DNA of 32,000 bases, taken from the NCBI RefSeq assembly GCF_000010065.1, contig NC_006576.1:600001-632000 (forward strand), in the 5' to 3' direction. This document shows positions 1 through 9,436 of the stretch, piece after piece. How positions within the stretch are numbered: the stretch's first letter is position 1; the number at the start of each line of letters is the position of its first letter. Made by a program: the position numbers and the translations under genes. Under the pieces are notes generated by a model that saw only the letters and a list, made by a program, of their open reading frames with translations, was not told where the DNA came from and searched no databases. Source of the DNA: Synechococcus elongatus PCC 6301 (lineage in GTDB: Bacteria > Cyanobacteriota > Cyanobacteriia > Synechococcales > Synechococcaceae).

Positions 1-1
1 A

Positions 2-475
2 TTACGTCCGATCGCTGAACAATTTGGTATTGATTTTCTTCATTTGCCCATTACTCGCGAGACGAAAGCAGAGCAGGAAGCTCGCCAGCTAGCAGCGATC
101 GCTGACTATGGGATTGATCTCGTGGTGCTCGCGAAATACATGCAAGCTCTGAGTTCTGAGTTCTTGGCTCAGTTTCCCCAAGTAATTAATATTCACCACT
201 CCTTTTTGCCTGCTTTTGCCGGTGCCAATCCTTACCAACGGGCCTATGAGCGAGGCGTCAAAATTATTGGAGCCACAGCTCACTATGTAACGCCCGATTT
301 AGATGAAGGGCCAATTATTGAACAAGATGTAGTGCGGGTTAGTCATCGTGATGATGCTGATGATCTCGTTCGTAAAGGCAAGGACTTGGAGCGGATCGTC
401 CTAGCGCGTGCGGTGCGTTTACACCTGCAACATCGGGTGCTGACTTACCGGAATCGCACCGTTGTGTTTGCTTAA
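2..475 (+). CDS. purU: Formyltetrahydrofolate deformylase, C-terminal part (5' truncated by window edge)
   Basis: The ORF frame is open from the window edge. The translation includes [53 protein letters not shown] and [16 protein letters not shown], typical of the PurU formyl-transferase domain. Confidence 0.93.
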   Translation, partial: LRPIAEQFGIDFLHLPITRETKAEQEARQLAAIADYGIDLVVLAKYMQALSSEFLAQFPQVINIHHSFLPAFAGANPYQRAYERGVKIIGATAHYVTPDLDEGPIIEQDVVRVSHRDDADDLVRKGKDLERIVLARAVRLHLQHRVLTYRNRTVVFA

Positions 476-511
476 GCTGTTGATTTGAAGTGGCAAGACA
501 AGGAAATTGAT

Positions 512-1903
512 ATGACTGAGACTGCGAATCAACGCCGTGAAAGCGACAGCATGGGTGAAGTGCTGGTGCCCACCGATCGCTATTGGGGTGCCCAAACTCA
601 GCGATCGCTGCACTATTTCTCGATCGGTCAAGATCGAATGCCCATTGAAGTCTGTCATGCTCTGGCGATTGCGAAGAAAGCCTCTGCCCTTGCCAATCGA
701 GATTTGGGTGTTTTATCGGCAGAAAAAGCTGATCTGATTGCTCAAGCTGCTGATGAAATTATTGCAGGTCAACTAGATGACCATTTCCCGCTTTATGTCT
801 GGATGACGGGCAGCGGCACGCAAGCCAACATGAACGTTAATGAGGTGATTGCCAATCGGGCGATTGAAATGGCTGGGGGTGTACTTGGGAGTAAAACACC
901 CATTCATCCCAATGATGATGTCAACCGATCGCAGTCCTCGAATGATGTCTTTCCAACCGCAATGCATATTGCTGCAGCTCAAGCGATCGGCCGGCAACTA
1001 CTGCCCAGTATCGAACGACTAGAACAGAGTCTCCAAGCCAAAGTTGATGAATGGCAAGGCATTGTCAAAATTGGCCGGACCCACCTGCAAGATGCAGTGC
1101 CATTAACGCTGGGTCAGGAGTTCTCCGGTTTTGTGGCCATGCTAGCTGAAAATCGTCAGCGCCTACATAATGCTTTGCAAGAACTCTATCCCCTAGCTTT
1201 GGGTGGAACAGCGGTTGGTACTGGTCTGAATGCGCCGACTGGATTTGATGTTGCAGTCGCTGATTACATCGCGCAATTGACAGGACTTCCGTTTGTCACG
1301 GCAACCAATAAGTTTGCGCAAATTGGTGCCCATGATGCATTTGTTGCTTTAAGTGGCAGCTTGCGAGGACTAGCAGTCTCGCTCTACAAAATTGCTAATG
1401 ATATTCGCTTGCTAGCCTGCGGGCCACGCTGTGGTTTTAACGAGTTGAGTTTGCCTGCAAATGAGCCTGGTTCATCAATCATGCCCGGCAAAGTGAATCC
1501 GACTCAGTGTGAAGCGTTAGCAATGGTTGCCGTGCAGGTCATGGGCTATGACGCTGCGGTCGCTTTCGCTGGGGCTAGTGGTTATTTAGAACTGAATGTC
1601 TATAAGCCGTTGATGGTTTATAACGTTCTGGAATCCATTCGAATTCTCTCGGATGCTAGTGATAACTTCCGACGTTTCACCGTGGAAGGAATGACAGCGA
1701 ATACCGACCAAATCAATACTTACTTAGAGCGATCGCTGATGTTAGTGACAGCGCTGACCCCTGCGATCGGTTACGACCAAGCAGCTAAAGTAGCCAAGTA
1801 TGCTTTTGAGAAAAATCTCAGCCTCAAGGAAGCGTGTCTAGAACTGGGTTGTATTAGTTCTGAAGAATTCGATCGCTGGGTGGACCCAGCCCAATTAGTG
1901 TGA
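512..1903 (+). CDS. fumC: Fumarate hydratase class II (start probably at 512 rather than the ORF-track 485)
   Basis: Contains [37 protein letters not shown] and the [16 protein letters not shown] signature. Confidence 0.95.
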   Translation: MTETANQRRESDSMGEVLVPTDRYWGAQTQRSLHYFSIGQDRMPIEVCHALAIAKKASALANRDLGVLSAEKADLIAQAADEIIAGQLDDHFPLYVWMTGSGTQANMNVNEVIANRAIEMAGGVLGSKTPIHPNDDVNRSQSSNDVFPTAMHIAAAQAIGRQLLPSIERLEQSLQAKVDEWQGIVKIGRTHLQDAVPLTLGQEFSGFVAMLAENRQRLHNALQELYPLALGGTAVGTGLNAPTGFDVAVADYIAQLTGLPFVTATNKFAQIGAHDAFVALSGSLRGLAVSLYKIANDIRLLACGPRCGFNELSLPANEPGSSIMPGKVNPTQCEALAMVAVQVMGYDAAVAFAGASGYLELNVYKPLMVYNVLESIRILSDASDNFRRFTVEGMTANTDQINTYLERSLMLVTALTPAIGYDQAAKVAKYAFEKNLSLKEACLELGCISSEEFDRWVDPAQLV

Positions 1904-2086
1904 TGGTTAAATTGAATCTGATCGAGGATTTTAGTGCCCAATAAGAAGTCTCCAAGCCGGTAAACACTCAAGACCTAGGGAATACTTAGTAATCTGCTAG
2001 AGCACTCAGGGGCTGACTGTTTCACTATAGAATGATGCCTCAATCAATGCTGGAATGTCATGCGGTACGACAAGGAGTCGGATTGC

Positions 2087-2580
2087 ATGTCAAGCAACGC
2101 CTCTCTAGTCGATCGCCATGGGAGTGCAACGCAAAAGCTAATCCTTGGCTCTGCTATTGAGCGCTTGGAGAAATTTAGTATTCATAATTTGACGGTGCGA
2201 GTAGTGGCGCGGCACGCTCACATTTCTGAGCGCACAATTTTTCGCTAATATGCCTCGTGCGATGAATTTCTCGATGCTGCAGTGATCGCCTTGGAGGATT
2301 GTCTGCAGATCCCAATATGCATACAGAAATGTTTGAACGAATTTGCTGAAAACTAGGGCGGGAGCGCTGGCAGGCAATTCCATCGATTATTAACAATAAT
2401 GCCCCGTATCGATCAGCACGCGATCGCAAAATTACAGCGGCCAGCATCCGCTACTATCTCTCAGCTAGTACTTGGTATTACTAGCGCTGTTACTATGGCT
2501 CTTCATTGGATGATGCGATCGAAAGTACTGAACTAGCAGTTCGCTTAGCCATTCAAGAAATTGAACAACCAGCTCGCTAG
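2087..2580 (+). pseudogene. Decayed TetR-family transcriptional regulator
   Basis: The N-terminal HTH reads AIERLEKFSIHNLTVRVVARHAHISERTIFR, then TAA. The same frame continues YASCDEFLDAAVIALEDCL. TetR-like C-terminal residues (DDAIESTELAVRLAIQEIEQPAR*) appear in another frame. Confidence 0.65.
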
Positions 2581-2683
2581 CTATCTCAGGATTGACTCAT
2601 CACCTCGATAGGAGAAAAACACGATAACACTCGGAATAATGGTCGCTTCCTCAGTCAGGCTATTTGCAGGGCAAAGACAATCA

Positions 2684-3784
2684 CTAGAGCTGTCGCAGTG
2701 CAGCTGCCGCTTGTTGTTGTCCGTTAGAATCGCCTCTTTGTTGATAGAGTAACGCCGCTTGATTAAGTGATGATCTTGCTTCTGGTTTCAAACCGCGTGC
2801 TAGGTAAGCAAGTCCTAGCCGCAAGTGAAAGTCCGGATTGCGGGGCTCAAGACGTAAGGCATCGCGAAGATAGACTGTAGCGAGTGTTGCGTCTCCTTGA
2901 TCAAGCAGGATTTGAGTATAGCGATCGAGAGTTTTAGCAGAATTGCGATTGAGTTCAAAAGCGCGACGATAGTTACGATTTGCCGCCTCGCGATCGCCTA
3001 AAACCAGATAGATATCTCCTGCTTTGAGCAGCGTGCGAGGATTACGGGGATCAAGACTAATACTGGATTGTAAAGATGTTAGGGCAGCCCGAGGGTTGTT
3101 CAGCCCGAGTTGAGCGATCGCCAAATTCGAGTAGATATCTGCTTCACGAGGGGCCAGTCGTGTTGCAGCTTGCAATACTTGTAGCGCGTTCGTGAACTGG
3201 CGCTGCTGCAGATAAATTTTCCCCATTTCATTGCGGGGTTGCCAGTTGTTCGGCTCAAGTTGTTGCCAGCGCTGGTAGGTGTTAATTGCACCCACTAAAT
3301 TGCCCCGCCGTTGCTGAACGGTGGCTAAGCCTCGATAGGCTTCGGCTCGCTTGTTGTCCAATCGCAGCGATTGCTCATAGTAGCGTTCAGCGGCTGCGTA
3401 CTCACCCAAATTGGCATAGGCCGTAGCTGCTCCAAAGGCAAACGCAGCAGTTTGACTATCCATTGCGATCGCCCGTTCAAAAGAAAGGGCTGCTTGGCGA
3501 AAATCTCCGAGTTCGGTGTAGAGATAGCCGATCGCAGAGGCAATACGAGCATCTTGACCATCGATTAACTGGGCTTGTTGATACAGCCCTAATGCCTCAG
3601 CCCAGCGCCGTTGTTTCACCGCTTCGCTGCCAGCATCCAAGAGGCGACTCAGTTCTGGATTAGGGACAGCAGCTTGAGCAGGCTGAGCGCTAACAGAGAC
3701 GATCGCGGGGCTACCCAGTACCATCACGCCAATCGCCAGTCTGGCTCCAAGACGAGCAAGCATAGTCAACTGCGGTCTGAACAA
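2684..3784 (-). CDS. Tetratricopeptide-repeat protein with N-terminal signal peptide
   Basis: 366 aa with tandem TPR units (e.g. AYRGLATVQQRRGNLVGAINTYQRWQQLEPNN, DIYSNLAIAQLGLNNPRAALTSLQSSISLDPRN). Hydrophobic N-terminus ends in a possible AQA cleavage site. Confidence 0.85.
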   Translation of the reverse strand: MFRPQLTMLARLGARLAIGVMVLGSPAIVSVSAQPAQAAVPNPELSRLLDAGSEAVKQRRWAEALGLYQQAQLIDGQDARIASAIGYLYTELGDFRQAALSFERAIAMDSQTAAFAFGAATAYANLGEYAAAERYYEQSLRLDNKRAEAYRGLATVQQRRGNLVGAINTYQRWQQLEPNNWQPRNEMGKIYLQQRQFTNALQVLQAATRLAPREADIYSNLAIAQLGLNNPRAALTSLQSSISLDPRNPRTLLKAGDIYLVLGDREAANRNYRRAFELNRNSAKTLDRYTQILLDQGDATLATVYLRDALRLEPRNPDFHLRLGLAYLARGLKPEARSSLNQAALLYQQRGDSNGQQQAAAALRQL

Positions 3785-3862
3785 CGCCCCTCACCCTAGC
3801 AGACGACTGGCACTATCGCGGCTCCAGCAAGCACCCTTGGCGATCGCAATTGACACCACCAA

Positions 3863-4492
3863 TCAGAGCTGAACTTGCTCTAAGAGCTGCCCTGAGGGAA
3901 TCCAAGCCGTGTGCAATCCGGCCTGTTTAGCTCCTTCAAGATGCTGAGGACTGTCATCTAGGAAAAGCGTGCGGCTAGGGTCGAGTTGATGACGATCGAT
4001 CACAGTCTGAAAAATGCTGGCGTGGGGTTTGCGATCGCCCAAGTGATGCGAGTAATAGGCCTGCTCAAATAGCGCAGGCAAGCTGCTGTGGCGATCGCCA
4101 TGATCGTCAATGAAGCGCTGCTCAAAAGCTTCTTGATGGATGGCGTTTGTATTGGAAAGTAGAAAAATTGGACGCTGCGATCGCAGCTGTTCTAAAAATT
4201 CGACATGCACCAGCGGCACGCCGCCGAGCATGGCATTCCAAGCCGTATCGATGGCGCGATCGCTCAAGTCTTGACCCAACAACTGGCGGAGACTATCCCG
4301 AAAAGTGGCTGGGTCGATGCGACCGGTTTCAAAGTCATCAAACAGGGCCGTTTGTTGCTGCTGGCTGTAAAGAGCGTGCCAGTCGCAGCCACAGAGTTCT
4401 TCAAAGGCACGGCGAGTCGACTGATAGTCCAAGTCCAAAATCACGCCACCAAAGTCGAAGATGATGGCGTCGTAGTCCAAGAGCTGAAGCAT
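3863..4492 (-). CDS. HAD-superfamily hydrolase (start at 4492; the ORF-track N-terminal extension is spurious)
   Basis: Motif I IIFDFGGVILDLD, motif II FLLSNTNA, late motif TLFLDDSPQHLEGAKQAGL. Confidence 0.88.
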   Translation of the reverse strand: MLQLLDYDAIIFDFGGVILDLDYQSTRRAFEELCGCDWHALYSQQQQTALFDDFETGRIDPATFRDSLRQLLGQDLSDRAIDTAWNAMLGGVPLVHVEFLEQLRSQRPIFLLSNTNAIHQEAFEQRFIDDHGDRHSSLPALFEQAYYSHHLGDRKPHASIFQTVIDRHQLDPSRTLFLDDSPQHLEGAKQAGLHTAWIPSGQLLEQVQL

Positions 4493-4844
4493 GGAGCGTC
4501 CCGAAGTAAGCGATCGCGGCAATCTCTTGCACAACCTACCCTTGTCTGCGATCGCAGAGCAATTCATTCCGCTGGTGCAGGGCGATCGCTGCCGGATTGA
4601 GCAGATTATTTCGACTGGCCAGGTATCACCACCTGACTTTTGGTACGACCAAGATGAGACCGAGTTCGTGCTGATTCTGCAAGGTGAAGCCGAGTTGGAA
4701 TGCGAAGGTGCAGCACCCCAACGGTTACGAGTCGGAGATTGGCGAATTTTGCCACCGCACTGTCGCCACCGCGTCAACTACACCCAAGCGGATCCTCCAA
4801 CCATTTGGCTGGCAGTTTTTTATCCCGCTGCAACTGGCACTTGA
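4491..4844 (+). CDS. Small cupin-domain protein
   Basis: 117 aa containing WYDQDETEFVLILQGEAELECE and LRVGDWRILPPHCRHRV, matching cupin motifs 1 and 2. Confidence 0.8.
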   Translation: MERPEVSDRGNLLHNLPLSAIAEQFIPLVQGDRCRIEQIISTGQVSPPDFWYDQDETEFVLILQGEAELECEGAAPQRLRVGDWRILPPHCRHRVNYTQADPPTIWLAVFYPAATGT

Positions 4845-6373
4845 GGCGGTTGTAGACAACGGATCGCTTCCAGTAAACCCCGCGCCTTGTTCAAGGTTTC
4901 TTCGTACTCCTTGATTGGCACAGAATCAGCGACGACACCAGCCCCTGCTTGCACGCTGACACGATGGCCACTCCCTTCTGCCTGAACGATCATCGTGCGG
5001 ATCGTGATTGCCGTATTCAACTGACCCTCAAAATCGTAGTAGCCATAGGCGCCGGAGTAGGGTCCGCGCCGACAGCCTTCCAATTCATGGATGATTTCCA
5101 TAGCGCGAATCTTGGGCGCACCGCTGACCGTCCCTGCTGGGAAAGTTGCCCGCAGCAAATCCCAAGCGTCGCGATCGCGATCGAGTAGGCCCACCACGTT
5201 GCTGACAATATGCATGACGTGGGAGTAGCGCTCAATCACCATCAATTCATCGACGCGGACGCTGCCTTTCTCGCAGACACGGCCTAGGTCATTGCGACCG
5301 AGATCGACCAGCATGACGTGCTCGGCCACTTCCTTGGGATCAGCCAGCAGATCCGTTGCAAGGGCGGCATCTTCTGGTGCAGTGCGCACCCGAGGACGAG
5401 TCCCCGCGATCGGGCGGACAGTGGCCACTTGGCGATCGCTTTGGTGTGGATCCTGTTCAGCCTTGACCATCACTTCTGGACTGGAGCCGATCAACTGCCA
5501 GTCGCCGAAGCGGAAAAAGGCCATGTAGGGGGAAGGATTGATCAGCCGCAGCGATCGATAGAGATCAAAGGGATCGCCGCTGTAATGCGTCGTTAGCCGT
5601 TGCGACAGCACGACTTGGAAGATGTCGCCGGCGCGAATATAGTCCTGTGCTGTCAGTACGTTGGCGCAGAATTGCTCCTGGGTGGTGTTGCTTTGGTAAT
5701 CGACGGGACGAGACGGTGCCGATTGAGGCGGCAGCCACGGCAGTTGGCGATCGCTGGCGCTCAGTGATCCTTGGAAGCGATTGACCAGTTCCTGCACACG
5801 ATTGCAGGCCAGCGCGTAAGCGCGATGCAGATCTGGTTCGGCTTGCAAATCCGCATAAGCGATCGCGTAGAGCCGACGCTTGACTTGATCGAAAATCATC
5901 AGGCTATCGACCTGCATCCAGCAGCCGTCGGGCAGATCGTTTTCGCCGCCGCTGTGAACCGGGACGCGTGGCTCAATCCAGCGCATCAGCTCATAGCCCC
6001 AGAAGCCAAACAGTCCGCCGACGCCCGAGGGCAGTTGCGGCAAATGCACCGGCTGATAGGGCGCTAAACATTGCTTGAGGGCTGCAAAGGGATCGCCGCT
6101 AAAGACTTCTTCCGAGCCATCCCGAAACCGACGAGTTGTGCGATCGCCTCTCGCTTCTAGCACCCAGAGTGGATCGCAACCCAAAAAGCTATAGCGACCC
6201 AGGTGCTCACCCCCTTCGACTGATTCCAGCAAAAAGCTGTAGGGGCGATCGCGGCAAATGCGGTACCAAGCCGAAACCGGCGTATCCAAATCCGCGACCC
6301 ACTCTTGATAGACCGGAATGAAGTTGCCTTGCTCAGCCAAGCTGGCAAACGTTGCAAAATCCGGGTAAATCAT
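4820..6373 (-). CDS. trpE: Anthranilate synthase component I (start likely MIYPDF...)
   Basis: Chorismate-binding motifs: DIFQVVLSQRL, RPIAGTRPR, HVMLVDLGRNDLGRV, ATFPAGTVSGAPKIRAMEII, VQAGAGVVADSVP. The product lies beside psaD, an arrangement also known in Synechocystis. Confidence 0.9.
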   Translation of the reverse strand: MIYPDFATFASLAEQGNFIPVYQEWVADLDTPVSAWYRICRDRPYSFLLESVEGGEHLGRYSFLGCDPLWVLEARGDRTTRRFRDGSEEVFSGDPFAALKQCLAPYQPVHLPQLPSGVGGLFGFWGYELMRWIEPRVPVHSGGENDLPDGCWMQVDSLMIFDQVKRRLYAIAYADLQAEPDLHRAYALACNRVQELVNRFQGSLSASDRQLPWLPPQSAPSRPVDYQSNTTQEQFCANVLTAQDYIRAGDIFQVVLSQRLTTHYSGDPFDLYRSLRLINPSPYMAFFRFGDWQLIGSSPEVMVKAEQDPHQSDRQVATVRPIAGTRPRVRTAPEDAALATDLLADPKEVAEHVMLVDLGRNDLGRVCEKGSVRVDELMVIERYSHVMHIVSNVVGLLDRDRDAWDLLRATFPAGTVSGAPKIRAMEIIHELEGCRRGPYSGAYGYYDFEGQLNTAITIRTMIVQAEGSGHRVSVQAGAGVVADSVPIKEYEETLNKARGLLEAIRCLQPPQVPVAAG

Positions 6374-6433
6374 CGCGGTCAATCCCAAACAGCGGAAAGG
6401 CGGATCTTTCGATCCTATTCGACGCAGCCGTAA

Positions 6434-6463
6434 ACGAAAAAGGGAAGCCCGAAGACTTCCCTC
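6434..6463 (-). terminator. Rho-independent-type terminator downstream of psaD
   Basis: The minus strand reads AGGGAAGTC-TTCG-GGCTTCCCT followed by TTTTTCG: a 9-bp stem (one G-U), a UUCG tetraloop and a U-tract. Confidence 0.85.
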
Positions 6464-6490
6464 AAACTTGTATAAATTCAGACCGGAAAC

Positions 6491-6918
6491 CTAAGCCGTG
6501 TAGGGCTGTTTGCCGGTGAATTTAATGGTGGCAGGGTTGGGGTTTTGGCCGATACGGCGATCGACTTTACCCGCGAAGGAGCGACCTTCGTTCACTTTCT
6601 CAGGGAAGACACCATCTTTCGGATGGAGGTATCCCACATCCGCGCCGGGGAAGAAGCGATAGATTTTGTAGCTTTCGATCTTGGGTTTGAACTTGGTGCG
6701 AAGCTGGGTACCAATGCGAGTGCTTGCTCTTTGCGCGCAAAGTAGAGCAAGTTATCGCCTTCGTGCATCACGGCAGCGCCACCGGTCGGCAGCTCAAACA
6801 CCTGTTCTTTGGTGCTGGTCCAAGTGATGGCGTATTTTTCTTCGGTCTCTGCGCTCTTGAGTAGACCACCAGTGCTACCGCCAAAAACCGGCGTTTTCCC
6901 AGTCAGTGTCTCGGCCAT
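6491..6918 (-). CDS. psaD: Photosystem I subunit II (PsaD), with an apparent 1-nt frameshift at about 6711-6712
   Basis: N-terminus [69 protein letters not shown]. After ALAL the annotated frame diverges. The neighbouring frame continues [73 protein letters not shown]. Confidence 0.9.
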
Positions 6919-7126
6919 GGGCTTCTCGACAGTGCTTTCCTCGGAATCGTAGCACCGCCCCCAAAGCCGCTCAGAAAGGCTGTTACAGAACTTCAGAGTT
7001 CTTATACCTATTCCCTTCTGGCGATCGCAGTGAGAGCCGTCTCATTTCGCGACCGAGCTCGATGTCGAAATGGCGATCGCGCTCACTGATAAGGTGAGAA
7101 ACGGGCGTGCTGCTGATCACATTGTT

Positions 7127-8920
7127 ATGGCTTTGATTGTTCAAAAATACGGCGGAACCTCGGTTGGCAGCGTCGAACGGATCACGGCGGTTGCCCAACG
7201 CATTGCCCAGACGGTTGCTGCTGGCAATCAAGTCGTGGTCGTAGTTTCGGCCATGGGTCACAGCACGGATGAGCTGCTGAAGCTGGCCAATGGGATCAGT
7301 GCTAATCCTAGTCGCCGCGAATTGGACATGCTGCTGGCGACGGGCGAACAAGTCTCGATCGCGCTGTTGAGTATGGCCCTACATGAACAGGGCTGCGACG
7401 CGATTTCGATGACCGGCGCGCAGGTTGGGATCATCACAGAAGCACATCACAGCCGTGCCCGAATTCTGGAAATTGATCCGCAGCGGCTGCAAAGCCAACT
7501 CGATGCCGGTCGGGTGGTTGTCGTCGCGGGGTTCCAAGGCATTGCGTCTAGCGATCGCACAGCGCTGACGGAAATTACGACACTGGGACGGGGCGGTTCC
7601 GATACGTCAGCCGTCGCTTTGGCCGCAGCTCTCAACGCCGATCGCTGCGAAATCTATACCGATGTCCCCGGCATCCTGACCACGGATCCGCGCTTGGTAC
7701 CCGAAGCGCATTTGCTCGAAGAGATCACTTGCGACGAAATGCTAGAGCTGGCCAGCTTAGGTGCGAGTGTACTTCACCCTCGTGCCGTAAAAATTGCCCG
7801 CAACTATGGCGTCCGTTTGGTCGTGCGCAGCAGTTGGACGCAGGAACCGGGGACGGGTGTCGTTGCGCCACCACGCCGCAGCGATCGCTCGTTGCAAGGG
7901 CTCGAAATTGGTCGCCCCGTCGATGGCCTGGCGTTAGATACGGATCAGGCCAAAGTGGCATTGCTGCATGTGCCCGATCGCCCCGGGATTGCTGCCAGCC
8001 TGTTTGGCGAAATGGCGCAGCGCGGCGTCAATGTTGATTTGATCATCCAGTCGATTCACGAAGGCAATAGCAACGACATCTCTTTCACGGTCAGCCAAGC
8101 GGATCTGGAGAAGGCAGAAGCGGGCACCACCCAACTGCTCGCGGATCTGGGTGGCGAACAACAGTCGGAAGCCGCTGTCGCCAAAGTCAGTATCAGCGGC
8201 GTTGGGATCGTCGGTCGCCCCGGCATTGCGGCTCAGATGTTCAGCGCTTTGGCGCAGGGCGGCATCAACATTCAGATGATCTCGACCTCTGAAGTCAAAG
8301 TGAGCTGTGTGATTGCGGCAGCGGATCAGCAACGGGCGATCGCAGCCTTGCAAGAGAGCTTTGAACTGGAAGAGGCGATCGCAGCCACTGCTACCGATGC
8401 CTGTACGACCGATTTACCTGCAGTGCGCGGCGTGGCCCTCGATCGCGACCAAGCCCGTTTGGCGATTCTCAATGTGCCAGATCTACCGGGGATGGCGGCT
8501 ACGATCTTCCAAATTCTGGCCGATCGCCAAATCAGCGTTGACATGATTATCCAATCACAGCGCGGCCGCATCCACAACGGTCAGCCCTGTCGTGACATTG
8601 CCTGCACGCTGCCACCGGCTGATGCCGAGCTAGCGGCGGCAGCGCTACAAGCCTTTGCGGATCAACACGGCTGCAGCCTGGAAATTCAGACTGAGATTGC
8701 TAAGGTCAGCATTGTCGGTTCGGGGATGGTGCAACAACCTGGGGTAGCAGCACAGATGTTTGCAGCCTTAGCCAACCACGGCATCAATATCCACATGATT
8801 GCCACATCGGAAATTAAGGTCAGTTGCATCGTGGATGCCAGCCAAGCGGTTGAGGCTTTGCAAACCGTTCATGCAGCTTTTGGTCTCGCAAGCGATCGCC
8901 GGATTGAAGTGCCTGCCTAG
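7127..8920 (+). CDS. lysC: Aspartate kinase with duplicated C-terminal ACT-domain region
   Basis: [49 protein letters not shown], and repeated [42 protein letters not shown] / [43 protein letters not shown] blocks. Confidence 0.95.
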   Translation: MALIVQKYGGTSVGSVERITAVAQRIAQTVAAGNQVVVVVSAMGHSTDELLKLANGISANPSRRELDMLLATGEQVSIALLSMALHEQGCDAISMTGAQVGIITEAHHSRARILEIDPQRLQSQLDAGRVVVVAGFQGIASSDRTALTEITTLGRGGSDTSAVALAAALNADRCEIYTDVPGILTTDPRLVPEAHLLEEITCDEMLELASLGASVLHPRAVKIARNYGVRLVVRSSWTQEPGTGVVAPPRRSDRSLQGLEIGRPVDGLALDTDQAKVALLHVPDRPGIAASLFGEMAQRGVNVDLIIQSIHEGNSNDISFTVSQADLEKAEAGTTQLLADLGGEQQSEAAVAKVSISGVGIVGRPGIAAQMFSALAQGGINIQMISTSEVKVSCVIAAADQQRAIAALQESFELEEAIAATATDACTTDLPAVRGVALDRDQARLAILNVPDLPGMAATIFQILADRQISVDMIIQSQRGRIHNGQPCRDIACTLPPADAELAAAALQAFADQHGCSLEIQTEIAKVSIVGSGMVQQPGVAAQMFAALANHGINIHMIATSEIKVSCIVDASQAVEALQTVHAAFGLASDRRIEVPA

Positions 8921-8949
8921 TTGCCTGACTTTTCGTCACTGAGTCTAGC

Positions 8950-8979
8950 CGGGGATCGTTGCTTCGTGACTGATCCCCG
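8950..8979. terminator. Strong GC-rich inverted repeat downstream of lysC, possible terminator without a clear U-tract
   Basis: CGGGGATC-gttgcttcgtgact-GATCCCCG is a perfect 8-bp stem about 30 nt after the lysC stop. Confidence 0.45.
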
Positions 8980-9436
8980 CTGTGATAGCCTCTTATCTTT
9001 TCGTTCCAGTTAGTTGATGTACCTTTTCAGCGGGTTCTATTCCTACAGCTTTAGCTAGGACAACAGACACAGCGAACTTCGAACAAAATGATGGGAAAAG
9101 GAAGTTATTTAAAGTGCTGTTAATCCTTCCTTTACCGCCTCGATACGTAGCCTCTGTTACTGTTCATTAGACGTTCAATGAAATCCCTAAACGAACCCTA
9201 TGTTTTATGGGGAGAGTCTCGCGGGATTGCTATTCAGGCGTAAAGGAAGTATGTCGGATCGGATTCTGGCTTAGGCCTGAATCCAGGAACTTTGGTGCGA
9301 TCGCGGTCTGTTCGAACTTGCTGCTAGAGCAGAGCCGCAAAACTTACCAAAAACTAACCTCACTCAGGGGTTCAGTCTCCATGACTTATGGAGTGTTTTT
9401 GTGCGGCTTGCAGCTGAGATTTTGGAGCAGACAGAA

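Noticed and set aside
4493-4777. N-terminal extension of the HAD ORF (MTRWRQCGGK...)
   Set aside because: It is antisense to the cupin gene and low-complexity in character. HAD homology begins at MLQLLDYDAIIFDFGG (4492).
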